From assembly GCF_009914755.1 (NCBI RefSeq), contig NC_060947.1: a DNA stretch of 64,000 nt. One strand, written 5' to 3'. Position 1 is the stretch's first letter. Every line of letters starts with the position of its first letter. Made by a program: the position numbers and the translations under genes. Of this stretch, positions 48,351-60,744 are shown in pieces. Source of the DNA: the human T2T-CHM13v2.0 reference genome, Homo sapiens. The notes below the pieces were generated by a model. That model was not told the DNA's origin. It ran no database searches and was given only the letters and a program-made list of their open reading frames with translations.

Positions 48351-50404
48351 CTTTGTGGTTTTATCTACCTTTGGTCTTTGATCATGGTGATAGATGGGGT
48401 TTTGGTTTGGATGTCCTTTCTGTTTGTTAGTTTTCATTCTACAGTCAGGACCCTCAGCTGCAGGTCTGTTAGAGTTTGCTGGAGGTCCACTCTGTACCCT
48501 GTTTGCCTGGGTATCAGCAGCAGAGGGTGCAGAACAGCAGATACTGGTGAACAGCAAATGTTGCTGCCTGATTGTTCCTCTGGAACTTTTGTCTCAGAGG
48601 AGTACCCAGCATTGTGAGGTGTTATTCTGTCCCTCCTTGGGGGTGCCTCCCAGTTAGGCTACTTGGGGGTCAGGGACCCACTTGAGGAGGCAGTCTGTCC
48701 CTTCTCAGATCTCAAGCTGTGTGCTGGGAGAACCACAACTCTCTTCAAAACTGTCATACAGGGACATTTAAGTCTGCAGAGGATTCTGCTGCCTTTTGTT
48801 TGGCTATGCCCTGCCCCCAGAGGTGGAGTCTACAGAGGCAGGCAGGCCTCCTTGAGCTGTGGCGGGCTCCACCCAGTTAGAGCTTCCTGGCCGCTTTGTG
48901 TACCTACTCAAGTCTAGGCAATTGTGGGCGCCCCTCCCCCAGCCTCACTGCTGCCTTGCAGTTTGATCTCTCATTGCTGTGCTAGCAATGAGCGAGGTTC
49001 CGTGGGTGTAGGACCCTCCTAGCCAGGCACGGGATACAATCTCCTGGTGTGCTTTTTGCTAAGACCATTGGAAAAGTGCAGTATTAGGGTGGGAGTGACC
49101 CAATTTTCCAGGTGCCGTCTGTCACCCCTTTCCCTGGCGAGAAAAGGGAATTCCCTGACCCCTTGTGCTTCCTGGGTGAGGTGATGCCTCGCCCTGCTTC
49201 AGCTCACACTCGTTGTGCTGCACCCACTGTCTGACAATCCCCAGTAAGATGAACTTGGTACCTCAGGTGGAAATGCAGAAATCGTTCGTCTTCTGCGTCG
49301 CTCATGCTGGGAGCTGTAGACTGGAGCTTTTCCTATTCGGCCAACTTGGCTCCCCCTCCTGCTCTTTCATTTTATTAAAGTATTTACCTAAATGTCACCT
49401 CCTCAGAGAAATATGTTCTGACCATGGAAAATACTCTATTCCTCTCATTACTCTCTAACCATTTACACTGTTTTTCTATTTTTTAAAAAATTCACTATCT
49501 GAAACAGTAATAAACTTTTTTTGTTTGTTTATGTTTTGTCTATCCCCCTAAAGTTTGACTTTTCTTAGGACAGGGACTTGGTTTTGTTCACTGTTATAGC
49601 CTAAGTACCTAAAGCAGTACCTAGATTATAATCGTTCTCTAATATTCATTAAATTAGTTTAATTGAATTATAAGTAATTGCCATAGCCCTTAAATGGAAT
49701 ACCAGGAAATGTTACTGCCAGACTAAGGAGAGATATGTGTTTAACATAGGCAGGGTAATTATTTAATTTCCTACCAAGCCAACGTTCTTCAAACATTAAT
49801 TCAGCATTTTGGAAATGATAATATATTTTTTGCTAATACATTTTTTATGTCTCTGTATTTCAAAACAAATTATTTAGTACTTATTTATCATATGTGATTT
49901 TCTAAAACCAGACAACTTCTTGGGAAACATTTTAAAAGCTCTAACATTCAGCTAATAAAACAACTTTATTTTTTAACAGTAAACAGTATATAACGTGCAC
50001 TATTTGCTCTCAGAATTCCATCTGACTTGGACTATTGACTTTAGACAACTGTCAGTTGGTTGATAATCCAGCCTATAATTGCACTATGCAACTTGAAAGT
50101 GTGTGTCACAAAATTATTCAACAGAGATTAATCAATTGTTGATAAAATGTGAGCTCTTTTTAAAGTTCAATTTCCATTTGAATGTGCACTCCAGTTTAGC
50201 AACAGGTAGTAGAGAGACCAATTCACGTTTCACAAGTTAAATTAAAAGTTTTATGCTGGAAACTGAGTTGTCTAAAATCATCTTTATCATCTATCTCAGT
50301 GACACTGCAGTGCTCATATAGATCTGGCTTTGGTAAGGTAATATACAGCATGCAGTCATGAGGCCTAAAACTGTGATAAAGCCCTAAGAAACAGTTTTTG
50401 ATAA

Positions 50405-51938
50405 TGATGGCAATTGCAGCCCATCTGGAGTGGCTGATGTGAACATTCTGGCTGCAGCAGGGAAGGTGCAGCTGGGTCTGTGTGCTCCGGGGAGCCAGCA
50501 GGGGGCTGGAAACAGGGGGGAGCCCTGTATTCCCAGGCATAGCTGCAACTGCCCAGCTGCAGCTCGAGATCTGGGTATCCCTGCACTCTCAGGGGCCTGG
50601 GAAGCCCCCCTGCCCCTGCAGGCTTGTGCCTGCTCCCACTCCCTGGCCTCTCCCCACTCCCAGCGCCCACTCTGGGGTGGAGCAAAGTTGTGGCCAAGCC
50701 TAAGTGGTGTTGCAACCTGGCTGGGTGTACACATACTCAGGACAGCACTGACGTGCCAGCTCCCTGCCACATTGGCCCCCTCTGGACTTTGGGTGCCGAC
50801 AAGCATGGAAGGGAGGCTGAGGGGGGGCTGAAGGCAGCTTGGAATGGGCTTTCAGGTGCTCCTCAGTATGAACAGCCATGTTGATGGTGGCAAGAGGCAG
50901 ACAGGCTCCTGGGAGGAAAGGGATGGGTCCCTGGTTAAACTCCACCTTCAAGCCAGGGATGGCCTGAAGCTTGGGGGCCAGACTGCTAGTTCTAGGTGGA
51001 GTCCATGGCCCAGAGTGAGAATTTATGGTGCTTTTTCTGGGCCCACCCATGGCCACCCATGGCCACCCATGGACCAATCAGCACACACTTCCTCCCTTCT
51101 GAGCCTATAAACACCCCGGACTCAGCCAGACTCAGCCAGATGTTGGGACCACCAGCTGTGGGAAGGAGCTACCCACTTTGGGTCTCCTCTGAGCTGAGAG
51201 CTGGACACTTGTTGGGACAACCAGCCTGCAGAAAGGAGCTACCCACTGTGGTTCTCCTGAGATCTGTTCTGTCACTCAATGAAGCTCCTCTCCACCTCTC
51301 CACCTTGCTCACCCTCCAGTTGTCCAAGTACCTCATTCTTCCTCGATGTGGGACAATAACTTGGGACCTGCCAAATGGCAAAGACTGAAAGAGCTGTACC
51401 ACAAACAGGATTGAAACATGTACCCCCCCACTTACCATGTGGGTGATGAGGAGAGAAGTGCTGTGGCCCTTCAAGGAGCCCAGACCTAGGGGCTCCCTGA
51501 GCCAGGGCTGTGACACCCTCTTTGGGGCTCTGCAGTCCTAGGCATCTCCAAGCTTCCAGGTGCCACTGCATTCCCCTTGTCCAGATATGGGTGCCCACAG
51601 CAGAAACCGTGTGTGTATATCTGGTCCAGCCACACCCTCACATGGAGCTGGCACCTGTGCTGGCACCTGGAGCTGCCTTCCCCACCACAGCAGCTGGTGT
51701 GCCTGGCTGTGTGCAGTGGCTGGACCCCACACTTGCTTGCCCACACTCCTCTTGCCACTTAGTGCCTGGTTCACCCTTCACACATGTAGGATCTGGGCCA
51801 GTAGCGTAAGTGAAGCACAGCCTGCTGGGCTGAGTAGGTGGAATGAGCCCAGCATGCAGGAGCAATACTCAGGCAGAAGGCACCATTGGTCACAGAGGTT
51901 TCTGGCTGGTGAAGCGACACCCCAAGGATTCTGTGACA
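50405..51938 (+). mobile_element. MER52A solo LTR (ERV1)
   Basis: tgatggca...gcccatctggagtggctg start and ...caaggattctgtgaca end; perfect 4-bp TSD ataa; CCAAT and TATA (gaccaatcagc...cctataaa) near 51072-51110. Confidence 0.9.
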
Positions 51939-52184
51939 ATAATATATCGGGCAAGGAAGAACTCCAATAGTATCCCCCAAAACTGAGAAACTTTGCCTTG
52001 GGCTTCAACTTTTTCTGTCTCCATTCTCATTCTGTATTCATATGATCAACAGCTGTTTCTCAAGGGTAGATCATATGAAATCTTTAACTGTCACCACACT
52101 GCTACTACACTTGAGTCCTCAATTATCTCTCTTGCCATTGGGAACTGCTTTCCTGCCAACAGCAGTTTTTCTATAGTCACAAGC

Positions 52185-52570
52185 TGTAGTGTGGAGAGAA
52201 AAGGATTGAACTATACTTGTAGTCAAAAGACCTGGGTTTTAGTGCACTGATAATCCAGGTAACTGAGAAGTTAAGGGCAGGTCACTTAACCCAATTGAAC
52301 CTCAGTTTTTTCATATGATAATATAGAATAATAACATCTATCTCGTAGACTGTTGCACTTGCTCTTTCATTGAAATATCTATAGCACCCTCTACATTTCT
52401 CTAGCATTGTGCTTACCAAGCTGTATTAAAATGAATTATTTGTATATTTCCCAGCACAACTTGAGTTGCTTAATGGCAGAGATGGTGCCTTATTCATCTC
52501 TGTATCCTCAAGTGCTTAGTATAGGGCCTGCCATATAGCCAGCCCTCAAGACATGTTGTTCAGCTAATCA
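52185..52570 (+). mobile_element. MIR fragment followed by L2 3' end
   Basis: gggcaggtcacttaacc...cctcagttttttcat; ttattcatctctgtatcctcaagtgcttagtatagggcctgccatatag. Confidence 0.7.
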
Positions 52571-52754
52571 AAACCAGTGTTAAAAAAAAAAGGCATTGAA
52601 AGTAGTTGAAGACAAATTTTCACTTCATTTTGCTAGTGCCTGACTAAAACAATATAAATTAAACTTATAGGAGTCTTTTCCCAAGAATGAGGAATACCTC
52701 CAACTTCACTTCATTACAGCCATTACACCTCTGTACCTTGCTCTTTCCCTGGAT

Positions 52755-52912
52755 GTGTGATTATTAATATTTTTAGGCCATGACTCCCTTAGAGGATCTG
52801 ATAAAAGCCATGTACATCTGGAAAAAATGTACACACATATCAAATATTTTTTAGTTTCATGGGATTTGTAACTCTCTATAGCTCTCCATGGATTCCAGGT
52901 TTAGAATCTCCA
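52755..52912. mobile_element. MER117-like hAT MITE
   Basis: cccttagaggatctgataaaagccatg...aaaaatgtacacacat...ccatggattccaggtttagaatc. Confidence 0.65.
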
Positions 52913-53674
52913 CTTAAGAAAAACTGTGTACTCACTTGAGGAGAATGAGGAAGTCTTGTGTCTTACATTGCTGTGGGCCTAAGATCTAGGTCTAAGGGCA
53001 GATCATATTCAGAAGAGGACTCTGTCTACCTTGATGGGCCAAGAAGTCTATGCTCTCTTGCTGGGCAAGTGTGAGGAAAAGAGTTAGGGGAGATTCTACA
53101 TGGCAGCTTCTGTCCACTAGAAAGATCAAAGCCACCACTGCCTTCTTGAAGAGTTTTGCAAAGGATCTTATCGTGGTTTTCAATTGGAAAAAGTAGCAAA
53201 GCTGCTTTGTGCCTTGTGCCACTTGCACAAAGAGGAAAGTGTCTTTGTCACAGCAAGCTGGCTCTGAGGAGCAGTGGAAACAAAGGTCTCCCTGCTGGAC
53301 ACAGTCATCCCTTCTGGGCACACTTCCTCCTACAGCTGCAACTGCTTGGGGACAGACCTTCTAACACTTGCTTCAGTCACACATATCCTTTGACCAATCC
53401 ATGATTGAGCAAGATGAGCTGTTTCCTGCCTGTCCCATAGTCCTAGCTGAACAAACTGTTTTGTAACTTCGTGGATCTTGCGTTTTAGACCAGGAAACTG
53501 GTCCAATGCTCTCCTCATCTCTGCTCTGTTTTCTTTTTTTATTTTTTCCTTCTGTTTTTGACCATTCACAATTCACATAATTATATGTTTCTCAGGGCAT
53601 TTTTCTTACTTAGCTATGCTCATTGGCTTTAATACACCCCTCCTTTTACTTGTCTAATTCTTGTCCAGTCACCC

Positions 53675-54730
53675 AGGAAAGCTTTTTTGTTTAATTGGGT
53701 CTCATTTATTTATATTTGGTTTTTTATTTGCATTTGCTTTTGGGATCTTAGTCATAAATTATTTGCCTAGGCCAATGTTCAGAAGAGTTTTCCCTAGATT
53801 TTCTTCTAGAATGGTTATAGTTTGGGGTGTTATATTTAAGTCTTTAATTCATTTTGAGTTAATTTTTGTAAATGGTAAGAAATAGGGATCAAGATTCTTC
53901 TGCATGTGGCTATCCAATTTTCCTAGCACCATTTATTTACGAGGGTGTCCTTTCCCCACTTTAGGTTTTTGAATGCTTTGTCAAAGATTAGTTGATTCTG
54001 AGCATTTGGCTTTATTTCTGGTTTATCTTTTCCATTCTGCTTATATTCCAATACATTGCTGTTTTGGTTACAATAGCCTTGTAGTATAATTTGGAATCAG
54101 GTAATGTAATGCTTCCATCACTGTTCTTTTTGCTTAGGATTGTGTTGGCTATTCAGGCTCTTTTTTGGTTCCATATAAATTTTAGGATTTTTTTCTAAAT
54201 CTGTGAAAAATAATGGTAGTATATTGATATGAATGGCACTGAATTGGTAGATTGCCTTGGGCACTGTGGTCATTTTTGCAATATTGATTCTTCCAATTCA
54301 AGAGCATGGGAGGTGTTTCCACTTGTTTGTGTCATCTATGATTTCCCTCAGCAACGTATTGTAGTTTTCCTTGTAGAGATCTTTAACCTCCTCAGTTAAG
54401 TGTATTCCTAGGTATTTTTTGTAGCTATTGTAAAAGGGATCGAGTTTTTTATTTCATTCTCAGCTTGGTCATTGTAAGTGTATGACAGTGCCACTGATTT
54501 GTGTACAATTATTTTGTAACCTGAGACTATACTAAAGTCATTTATCAAGTCCAGGAGCCTTTTGGAAGAGTCTTTAGGGTTTTATGGGTACAGATCATAT
54601 TATCATGAAAGAAACAATTTGACTTTCTCTTTTTCAATTTGGATGCTGTTTATTTATTTCTCCTGCTTTATTTCTCTGGATAGAAATTTTAGTACTATGT
54701 TGAATAGAAGTAGGGAAATTAGGCATCCTT
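53675..54730 (-). mobile_element. L1PB-type ORF2 segment lacking its 3' end in cis
   Basis: Antisense ORF2 from the QGCP region to LIKQKSF; ends abruptly with no 3'UTR or poly(A). Confidence 0.85.
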
Positions 54731-55607
54731 AATTGAGACATGAAGAACCATTCAAAAGATCAATGAATCCAGGAGTTGTTTTTAAAAGAAATTAATAAGA
54801 TAGATAGCTAGACTAATAAAGAAGAAGAGAAAGAGGATCCAAATAGACACAATTAGAAATAATGAAGGAAATATTACCACTGACTCCACAGAAATAAAAT
54901 AACCATTAGAAACTACTATGAACACCTCAATGCACACAAACCAGGAAATTTAGAAGAGATAAATTCCTGGACACATACACCCTCCCAAGACTGAAATTGA
55001 TTTCCTAAAAGGACCAATGAGCTCTCAAACTGAATCAGTATAAAATAGCTTACCAACCAAAAAAAAAAAAAAAAAAAAAAAAAAAAACAAGCCCAGGATA
55101 TGATGGATTCACAGCCGAATTCTACCAGATGTACTAAAGAACTGGTACCATTGCTACTGAAACTATTCCAAAAAATTGAGGAGTAGGGACTCCTCCCTAA
55201 CTCATTCTATGAGGCCAGCATCATCCTAATACCAAAACCTGGCAAAGACACAACAAAAACAGAGAAAACTTCACGCAGATATCCTTGATGAACATCAATG
55301 CAAAAAGCCTCAACAAAATACTGGCAAACTGAATACAGCAGCACATCAAAAACTTACCCATTGCAATCAAGTAGGCTTCATCCTGGGCACACAAGGTTGG
55401 TTCAACATACACAAAACAATAAATGTGATTCATCACATAAACAGAACTAAAGACAAAAACCACATGATTATCTCAATAGATGCAGAAAAAGATTTCAATA
55501 AAATTCAACATCCCTTCATGTTACACATTCTCAATAAACTAGGAATTGAAGGAACATACCTCAAAATAAGAGCCGTACATGAAAAACCCACAGCCAACAT
55601 CACACTG
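54731..55607 (+). mobile_element. Older L1PA ORF2 internal fragment
   Basis: Sense ORF2 from IET..TIQKINES to KPTANITL; internal A-run at 55059-55087. Confidence 0.85.
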
Positions 55608-57555
55608 AGGGGCCCCCTGAGGATCCTTGGTTGTAGTTTTGTTTAGTGCACTGGTTTTCTCAAATGCTGGTTGTGCTAGCTGTGACATTGTCATGTGGAC
55701 AGACTCAGGACCCCTGGTTAGCCAGAATGTTGCAGGTGGTGCAATTAGCAGTTGTTTTCTCCTTTCTTGGAGCTGGGTTGTTCTTTTATGACTTGTTGTT
55801 GTAATGTCTTGAGTTGGTTTTCCCTCAACCAGGAGGTGACACTTTCAAGAAAGCATCAGCTCTAGTATTATAGGAGGGATTTGAGCTTGCTCTGTACCCA
55901 TAATCTAGGACACAGACACACACAGAGAGTTTAGGATAACTTGTCGCCAGGATAAGTATTTGGGTTTCTCAGGCAATGGGCAGGGCCATAGAGCTCCCAA
56001 GAGATTATTTCTTTGTCTTCAGGTATGAGGGCGGGTACTGTCAGGTCAGGTCAGGGTTAGGCGTGTCTGAGCTCAGACTCTCCTTGGGCAGGGTTTGCTG
56101 CAACTGCTGTGGGGGAGGGGGTTTGATGCTCAGGCCAATGGAATTATGTTCCCAGGTGGATTATGGTTGCCTCTGCTGTGTTATACAGGTTGCCAGGGAA
56201 GTGGGGGAAAGCCAGCAGTGACAGGCCTCACCCAGCTCCCACACAGCCAGCAAGGCCAATCTCACTGCCACCATGCCCCACCAACAGCACTAAGTTTATG
56301 TCCAGGCAGCAGGTGAAAAGGGTTGAGATCTTGCCCCAGGGTACAAGCCTCTCTGTTGAGAAAGCAAGCAGGGCTTTCAGGCTCCACCCCTCCCTGCCTG
56401 CCATGGCTTCTCTGCTGATATCTGCACTTCCCATCCCCTCCCCCCCAACCCCTGCATTCAGCCTGGGAAAATTCACACTATTACAAAGTTCAGCTGGAAG
56501 TTTTCTTCTTCCTGTGGTCCTTCCTCAATTCCTCTGGCAGCCCTCCCCAGGGACCCCTGTGAGACAAAGTCAGAAATGGTTTCCCTTGGCTTCCCTGGGG
56601 ACTGGGAATTTTCTCTTTCTTCTACCTTTATATCTCACTTGGCTAGCTAAATTCAGCTCTAGGTAAGGTTAAATCCTTCTCCCATGATCTGGATTTTCAA
56701 GTTTCCCAGTGAGAATGTGTGCTCAGAGGAGGACTTTTCCCCATCACACTTTGGGCACTGACAGTTTTTCGGCTGTCTCACAGAGTTTGCAGTGGCTATG
56801 TTGTCTGGAGTATATACCCTGGGGTTCATTGTCACACACCAGGAAAATCTAGGACACAGACACACACAAAGAGTTTAGGAGTGGAGGTTTAATAGGCAGA
56901 AGAGAAGAGAAAGGGAAACAGTCCTCTCAATAGAGAAAGGAGTCTCTGAGCAGAAAGGACTGGCTGGCAGTGAATGTATCAGATTTTATAGTCCGGTTTG
57001 GGGAGGTGGTATCTGATTTACTTAGGGCTCAGATAGGTTCAATCAGGTATGACATTTACATAGTATGCGGGGAAGGCTGGTCTCCCCCCCAATCTTATTA
57101 TGCAAATGGACTTTCCAGTTGATCAGCACCATCTTGTCTGCTCTTTACTGTACACGTGGCTGACAAAGATAAGGGAAGATGTAGCTGCCATCTTAAATAT
57201 GTCTAGTCCTTAGTTCCTGCTGGCATTCACCTGTGCAAGCTCCCAGCTTGCTTGTCTATGTCTGCAGCTCGACTTTACAGACTTCTCTTTGTTAGAAAAT
57301 GACTTGAGGCTGCTTTTCATTAAAAAGAAAAGCCTTACTGAGGACTCCCATACCCTTAATATCTGCCTAAATGATTTCTTCTTAACTCCTATATCATCAG
57401 CAAGGTACTTCTTTCAAAGAGTCTGCGAATCCTTTCAGTATTCCTGGTATGTTTTTGCAGTAGTTCTTGGAGCAAAAGTTCATGATGTGAGTCTCCACAC
57501 AATGGAGACTCAGACCAAGTGGGAGCTGTGTTAATCCTGCCTCCTATTCACCATT
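55608..57555 (-). mobile_element. L1PB-type 5'UTR, interrupted by LTR9-family LTR
   Basis: gggcagggccatagagctcccaagaga, tgtctgagctcagactctccttgggc, cacccagctccca; ends ctgcctcctattcaccatt. Confidence 0.75.
56788..57396 (-). mobile_element. LTR9-family (HUERS-P3, ERV1) solo LTR
   Basis: Minus strand starts tgatataggagttaagaagaaatcatttaggcagata; contains octamer atgcaaat; left boundary uncertain. Confidence 0.75.
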
Positions 57556-57564
57556 TCTTTTTCC

Positions 57565-60500
57565 TTTTGAGCATCTTTTTTCATTTGTTTGTTGGCCACA
57601 TGCATGTCTTCATTTGAGAAGTGTCTGTTTGTGTCCTTTGTCCATTTGTTAATGAGGTTGCCTGCCTTTAGCTTGTTGATTTGTTTAAATTCCTTATAGA
57701 TTCTGGATATTAGATCTTTGTTTGATGCTGTATTAGTCTGTTCTTGCATTGCTATAAAGAAATACCTGAGACTGGATAATTTATAAAGAAAAGAGGTTTA
57801 ATTGGCTCATGGTTCCACAGGCTGTACAGGAAGCATAGTGGCTTCATCTTCTAGGGAGGTCACAGAAAGTTTCCAATCATGGCAGCAGGCAAAGGGGGAG
57901 CAAGACGTCTCACATGGCCAGAGCAGGAAGAAGAGAGCAGGGAGGTGCTACACATTTTTAAACAACCATATTTCATGATAAATCACTCACTATCATGAGA
58001 ATAGCACCAAGGGATGTTGCTAAACCACTCAGGATTAACCACCCCCATGATCCAATCACCTCCCACCAGGCCCCAATTCAAACACTGGGGATTATAATTT
58101 GACATGATATTTGGTGGGGACACAGATCCAAACCATATCAGATGCATAGTTTGAAAACATTTTCTCCCATTCTGTAGGTTTTCTGTTTACTCTGTTGATA
58201 ATTTCTTTTCCTGTGCTAGAGCTCTTTAGTTTAATTAGGTTCCACTTGTCAAATTTTGTTTTTGTTGCAATTGCTTTTGGAGTCTTTGTCATGAAATCTT
58301 TACTATGGCCTATGTCCAGAATGGTATTTCCTAGGATTTCTTCTAGGATTTTTTTTTATAGTTTTAAGATTTATATTTAAGTAAGTCTTTAATCCATCTT
58401 GAGTTGATTTTTGTATATGGTGAAAGGAAAAGATCCAGTTTCAGTCTTTCGCATATGGCTAACCAGTTACCCTGGCACCATTTGAATAGGAGTCTTCTGC
58501 TCATTTCTTGTTACTGTCAACTTTGTTGAAGATTTGATGGTTGTATTTGTGTGGCCTTATTTTGGGTTTTTCTAACATGTTTCATTAGTCTATGTGTTTG
58601 CATGTGTGCCAGTACCATGCTGTCTTGGTTACTCTAGCCTTGTAATATAGTTTGAATTTGGGTAGTGTGATGTCTCTGGCTTTGTTCTTTTATCTTAGGA
58701 TTGCTTTGGCTATTTGGACTCATTTTTGGTTACATATAAATTTTAGAATAGTATTTTTCTAATTCTGTGAAAAATGATGTTGGTAGTTGGATAGGAATAG
58801 GGTCAAATCTGTAAAATGCTTTGGGCAGTACAGCCATTTAAACAATATTGATTCATCCTACTCATGAGCATGGAAAGTTTTTCATTTGTTTGTGTCATCA
58901 CTGATTAATTTCTGCAGTGTTTTGTAATATTCATTGCAGAGATCTTTCCCCTCCCTGGTTAGATGTATTCCTAGATACCTTATTTTTCACGGCTATTGTG
59001 ATTGAGAATGCATTGTTTATTTGTCTCTCAGCTTGGATGTGATTGGTGTATAGAAATACTACTGATTTTGTACATTGATTCTATGTCTTGAAACTTTATT
59101 GAAGTTGTTTATCAGTTCTACAAGCTTTTGGCTAGCGACTATGGGGTTTTCTAAGTGTAGAATCATATTGTCTGTGAAGAAAGATAGTCTATCTTTCTCT
59201 TGTGTGATTGCTCTGGTTAGGACTTCTAGTACTATGTTGAATAGGAGTGGTGACAGTGGGCATCCTTGTCTCAGTTCTCAAGGGGAATGCTTACAGTTCT
59301 TGCCCATTCAGTGTGACGTTGGCTATGAGTTTGTCACAGATGGCTCTTATTATTTTGGTGTACATTTTTTCAATGTCTAATTTGTTGAGGGTTTTTAACA
59401 TGAAGGGATATTAAATGTTACTGAAAGCCCTTTCTACATCTATCGAGATGGTCATGTAGTTTTTGTTTATAGTTCTGCTTATTGAAGAATTACATTTATT
59501 GATTTGCATATGTTGAACCAACATTTGACCCAGGAATAAAGCCTACTTGGTCACAGTGGGTTAGCTTTTTGATGTACTGCTGAATATGATTTGGTAGTAT
59601 TTTGTGTATTATTGTGTCTGTGTTCATCAGGGATACTGGCCTGAAATTTTCCTTGTTCACTTTGTCTCTTCCAGGTTTTGGTATGGGGATGATGCTGGCC
59701 TCATAAAATGAGTTAGGGATGAGTCCCTCATTCTTACTTTAATAAAATAGTTTCGGTAGGATTGGTATCAGCAGTTCTTCATATGTCTGGTAGAATTCAG
59801 CTGTGAATTCATTTGGTCCAGGGCTTTTTTTCTGGTTTGTAGGTTTCTTTCTCTTTTTTTTAAATTAGTGATTCAGTTTTGGAACTTGTTATTGGTCTGT
59901 TCAAATATTCATTTTCTTTTTGCGTTAGTATTAGAAACTTATGTTTCCAGGAATTCATCCATTTGTTCTAGGTTTTCAAGTTTTTGTGCAGAGGTGCTCC
60001 TAGTAGTCTCTGAGGGTGTTTTGTATTTTTGCAGGGTTGATGATAATGTCTCCTTTATCATTTCTGATTGCACTTATTTGGTTTTTCTCTCTTTTACTTT
60101 TTATTAGTCTAGATAGAAGTTTACCAATCTTAATAAAGAACCAATTTTTGGGTTCATTGATCTTTTGTATGTCTTTTTTGCAACTCAACTTCCTTCAGCT
60201 CAGCTCTAATTTTGGTTATTTCTTTTCTTCTGCCAGGTTTGGAGTTGATTTGGTCCTTATTGCTACTTCTTCTAGGTGCCATGTTAAATTGTTAATTTTA
60301 TATCTTTCTGACTTTTTGATGTGGACATTTAATGCTATGAACTTTCCTCTTAAAACTGCTTTAGCTGTGACTTAAAAATTCTGGCATGTTGTACCTTTGT
60401 TTTCAGTAGTCTCAAAGAATATTGTGCTTTCTGCCTTAATTTCATTGTTTACCCAAAAGTCATTCAGGAGAAGTTTGCTTAATTTTCATGTAATTGTATG

Positions 60501-60742
60501 GTTTTGACAGATCTTCTTGATATTGATTTGTATTTTTATTGTGCTGTGGTCTGAGACTATGGTTGGTATGACTTTGGTTTTATTGAATTAATTGAGAATT
60601 GCTTTATGGCCAAGCATGTGGTCAATCTAAGAGTACGTGCCATGTGCAGATGAAAATGTTTATTCTTTTGTTGTTGGGTGGAGTGTTCTGTAGATATCTT
60701 TTAGTTCCATTTGGACAAGTGTTGAGTTTGGGTCCTGAATAA
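57565..60742 (-). mobile_element. Old L1PA (about PA15/16) ORF2 segment, split by MST LTR
   Basis: Antisense ORF2 ([29 protein letters not shown]); no 3'UTR. Confidence 0.85.
57729..58140 (-). mobile_element. MSTA MaLR solo LTR
   Basis: tgtattagtctgttcttgcattgctataaagaaatacctgag ... cacagatccaaaccatatca; perfect 5-bp TSD gatgc. Confidence 0.93.
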
Positions 60743-60744
60743 CT

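Noticed and set aside
50223-52008. Dense cluster of overlapping ORFs on both strands
   Set aside because: They lie in the GC-rich MER52A solo LTR, where stop codons are rare; no protein motifs seen.
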